A stretch of DNA of 64,000 nucleotides from Atractiella rhizophila (lineage: Eukaryota): NCBI GenBank assembly GCA_021432655.1, contig MU271262.1, forward strand, positions 1-64,000, in the 5' to 3' direction. Made by a program: the position numbers and the translations under genes. How positions within the stretch are numbered: the first letter of the stretch is position 1; each line of letters opens with the position of its first letter. This document shows, one piece after another, positions 62,535 through 64,000 of this stretch. The notes under the pieces were generated by a model, which did no database searches, had not been told where the DNA came from, and saw only the letters and a list, made by a program, of their open reading frames with translations.

Positions 62535-63741
62535 TCATTCAAGCAGCGATGACTTTGAAAGCAGTTCCCCCTGTGGTATAGTGGAAGAAGGGAAAGGGAG
62601 ACAGACTGGTCCACATGGCTAAGGTATCCCCCAAATTGACGACTACACAACCTTCCTTACTGGGAGCATCGATCCATTCCCCTCTCTTGTTCAGAAGCTG
62701 TAAGGCTGGAGTAGGATCGGGCAGGAGGATGGTAAGAGTTTCGTAGTCGGTGCTGCATTGACAAACCATTCTCATCTGCAAAGAGTAACGCGGGAGAAGA
62801 CGACGCACTGCGCGCCGATACCGAGGGAGGTGGAGGCGGGAGGTTGTGGTGGATAGTGCCTATAAAAGATGGAGTCATGTTAAAGAAGGGAAGAAGGAAA
62901 AAGATGACGAACAGGATGCGCATCACGCAGGCTGGATGCGTTAATTTATCGTCAAACCAATCTTCGTTCCTTCCCCGCCATCCGATTGTCGATATTCCTC
63001 CCATTCGCAAAAAAAAAGGAGGTGTGGACAAACAGGTCGAGAGACAGCGCGAGAAGAGGAAAGAGCTGACGCCCGAGAGAGATCATTGCCTCCCTGCACA
63101 TTCCCACGTATGTTCTCATCAAAAAACCTATCGGAAAGAAGCAGGGAAGAGAGAGAAAACGAACCAATACTCCTCCAATGTTTTACGGAACCCGATCTCT
63201 TCACCGAAAACTTTGAGTTCGTCAGGCCAACTTCAGGTTCAATTGTTTCGTTCAGCATGTTCTCTTATTGTGGAGGCAAGGAGAACCGCACCGATTGCCT
63301 GATTTATCTGTTCCCTTTCTCTATCTTTCAGTGTGTGTTTTCTAGCAAGAGAACTGAAGGGGAGACGTACAATGTCAAAAGCTTCGTGTAGGTCCCCTTT
63401 ACTATTTGATGGATCTACATTCTCTCCTAAAAGAGGCGTGTATCCCTTGAATTTTTCTGAGATACCGACCTGTACATCATTTTAAACAAACAGTCTCAAT
63501 AACCTTTCAAGTTGAATACGGAAAGTCAAGGAAGACTGACATCCTTAAGATCAAGCGGTAGATCAAAGTATTTTCGGGACACATTCCACATCCTTTCCAC
63601 TAAATCTGGCTTTACTCCAGTACCCTCCAGGGCAAGATAAAAGAATCCAACTTCAGTGCATGCTGCACGGAGGGAAGGGACGAGATCGTGCCGGGGAGTG
63701 AGAAGGGAAAGCACGGGAATGGAAGTGAATGCCATCGTCAT
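62190..63741 (-). CDS. 2-oxoglutarate/Fe(II) dioxygenase (IPNS/DIOX_N type)
   Basis: IPVLSL...ACTEVGFFYL, HTDYETLTIL, VVNLGD, STVHRA, RYSVPFF. Confidence 0.92.
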
Positions 63742-64000
63742 AGGTAGAATCGTTCAGATGTGTAGCTACTGGAGATATCAAAACTGCTTCGGGAAGCACG
63801 CTCCCGGGCGGATCTGTAGTGATACTGATAAGCATTGAGTCAGGCAACAACTTATCAGCTTGCAGGGCAAATCGGTTCTTTTGTTCTTCTTCTGCGTAGA
63901 GGTCACGAAACAGTGGGCTTCATTGCTCAATTTATTTGATCATTTTGAATCTTCGCTCGAGTGCATGTCGTGACATGCCTTCCTTTCCAGCAGGTGGATC

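Noticed and set aside
41491..63741. Possible biosynthetic or functional gene cluster (laccase, GH43, EEP, 2OG oxygenase)
   Set aside because: No backbone enzyme, and the genes are interleaved with housekeeping genes CKS1, SHY1 and LAT1.

Overview
Intron-rich fungal genomic DNA, basidiomycete-like (GT..CTAAC..AG introns of about 50-80 nt). The left ~27 kb is a nest of transposable elements: a young Ty3/Gypsy with a -1 frameshift signal and an apparent self-priming PBS, older Gypsy remnants, two Ty1/Copia elements, a CACTA/EnSpm-like DNA transposon, a hAT-type end and a LINE. An F-box/LRR gene and a Gti1/Pac2 (WOPR) pseudogene sit among them. Matching target-site duplications show that one Gypsy>Copia>CACTA nest was split by a large inversion. 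From 27.7 to 36.4 kb there is a ~3.9-kb tandem duplication of the divergent WOPR/phytase gene pair, which leaves a WOPR-domain-only chimeric gene. The right half holds ordinary genes: phytase, LRR protein, laccase, CKS1, SHY1, LAT1, GH43, a promethin-like protein, an EEP phosphatase and a 2OG-Fe(II) oxygenase with duplicated terminal exons. It also holds two paralogs of a protein family I cannot recognise. Exon boundaries were read by eye and are approximate unless stated.
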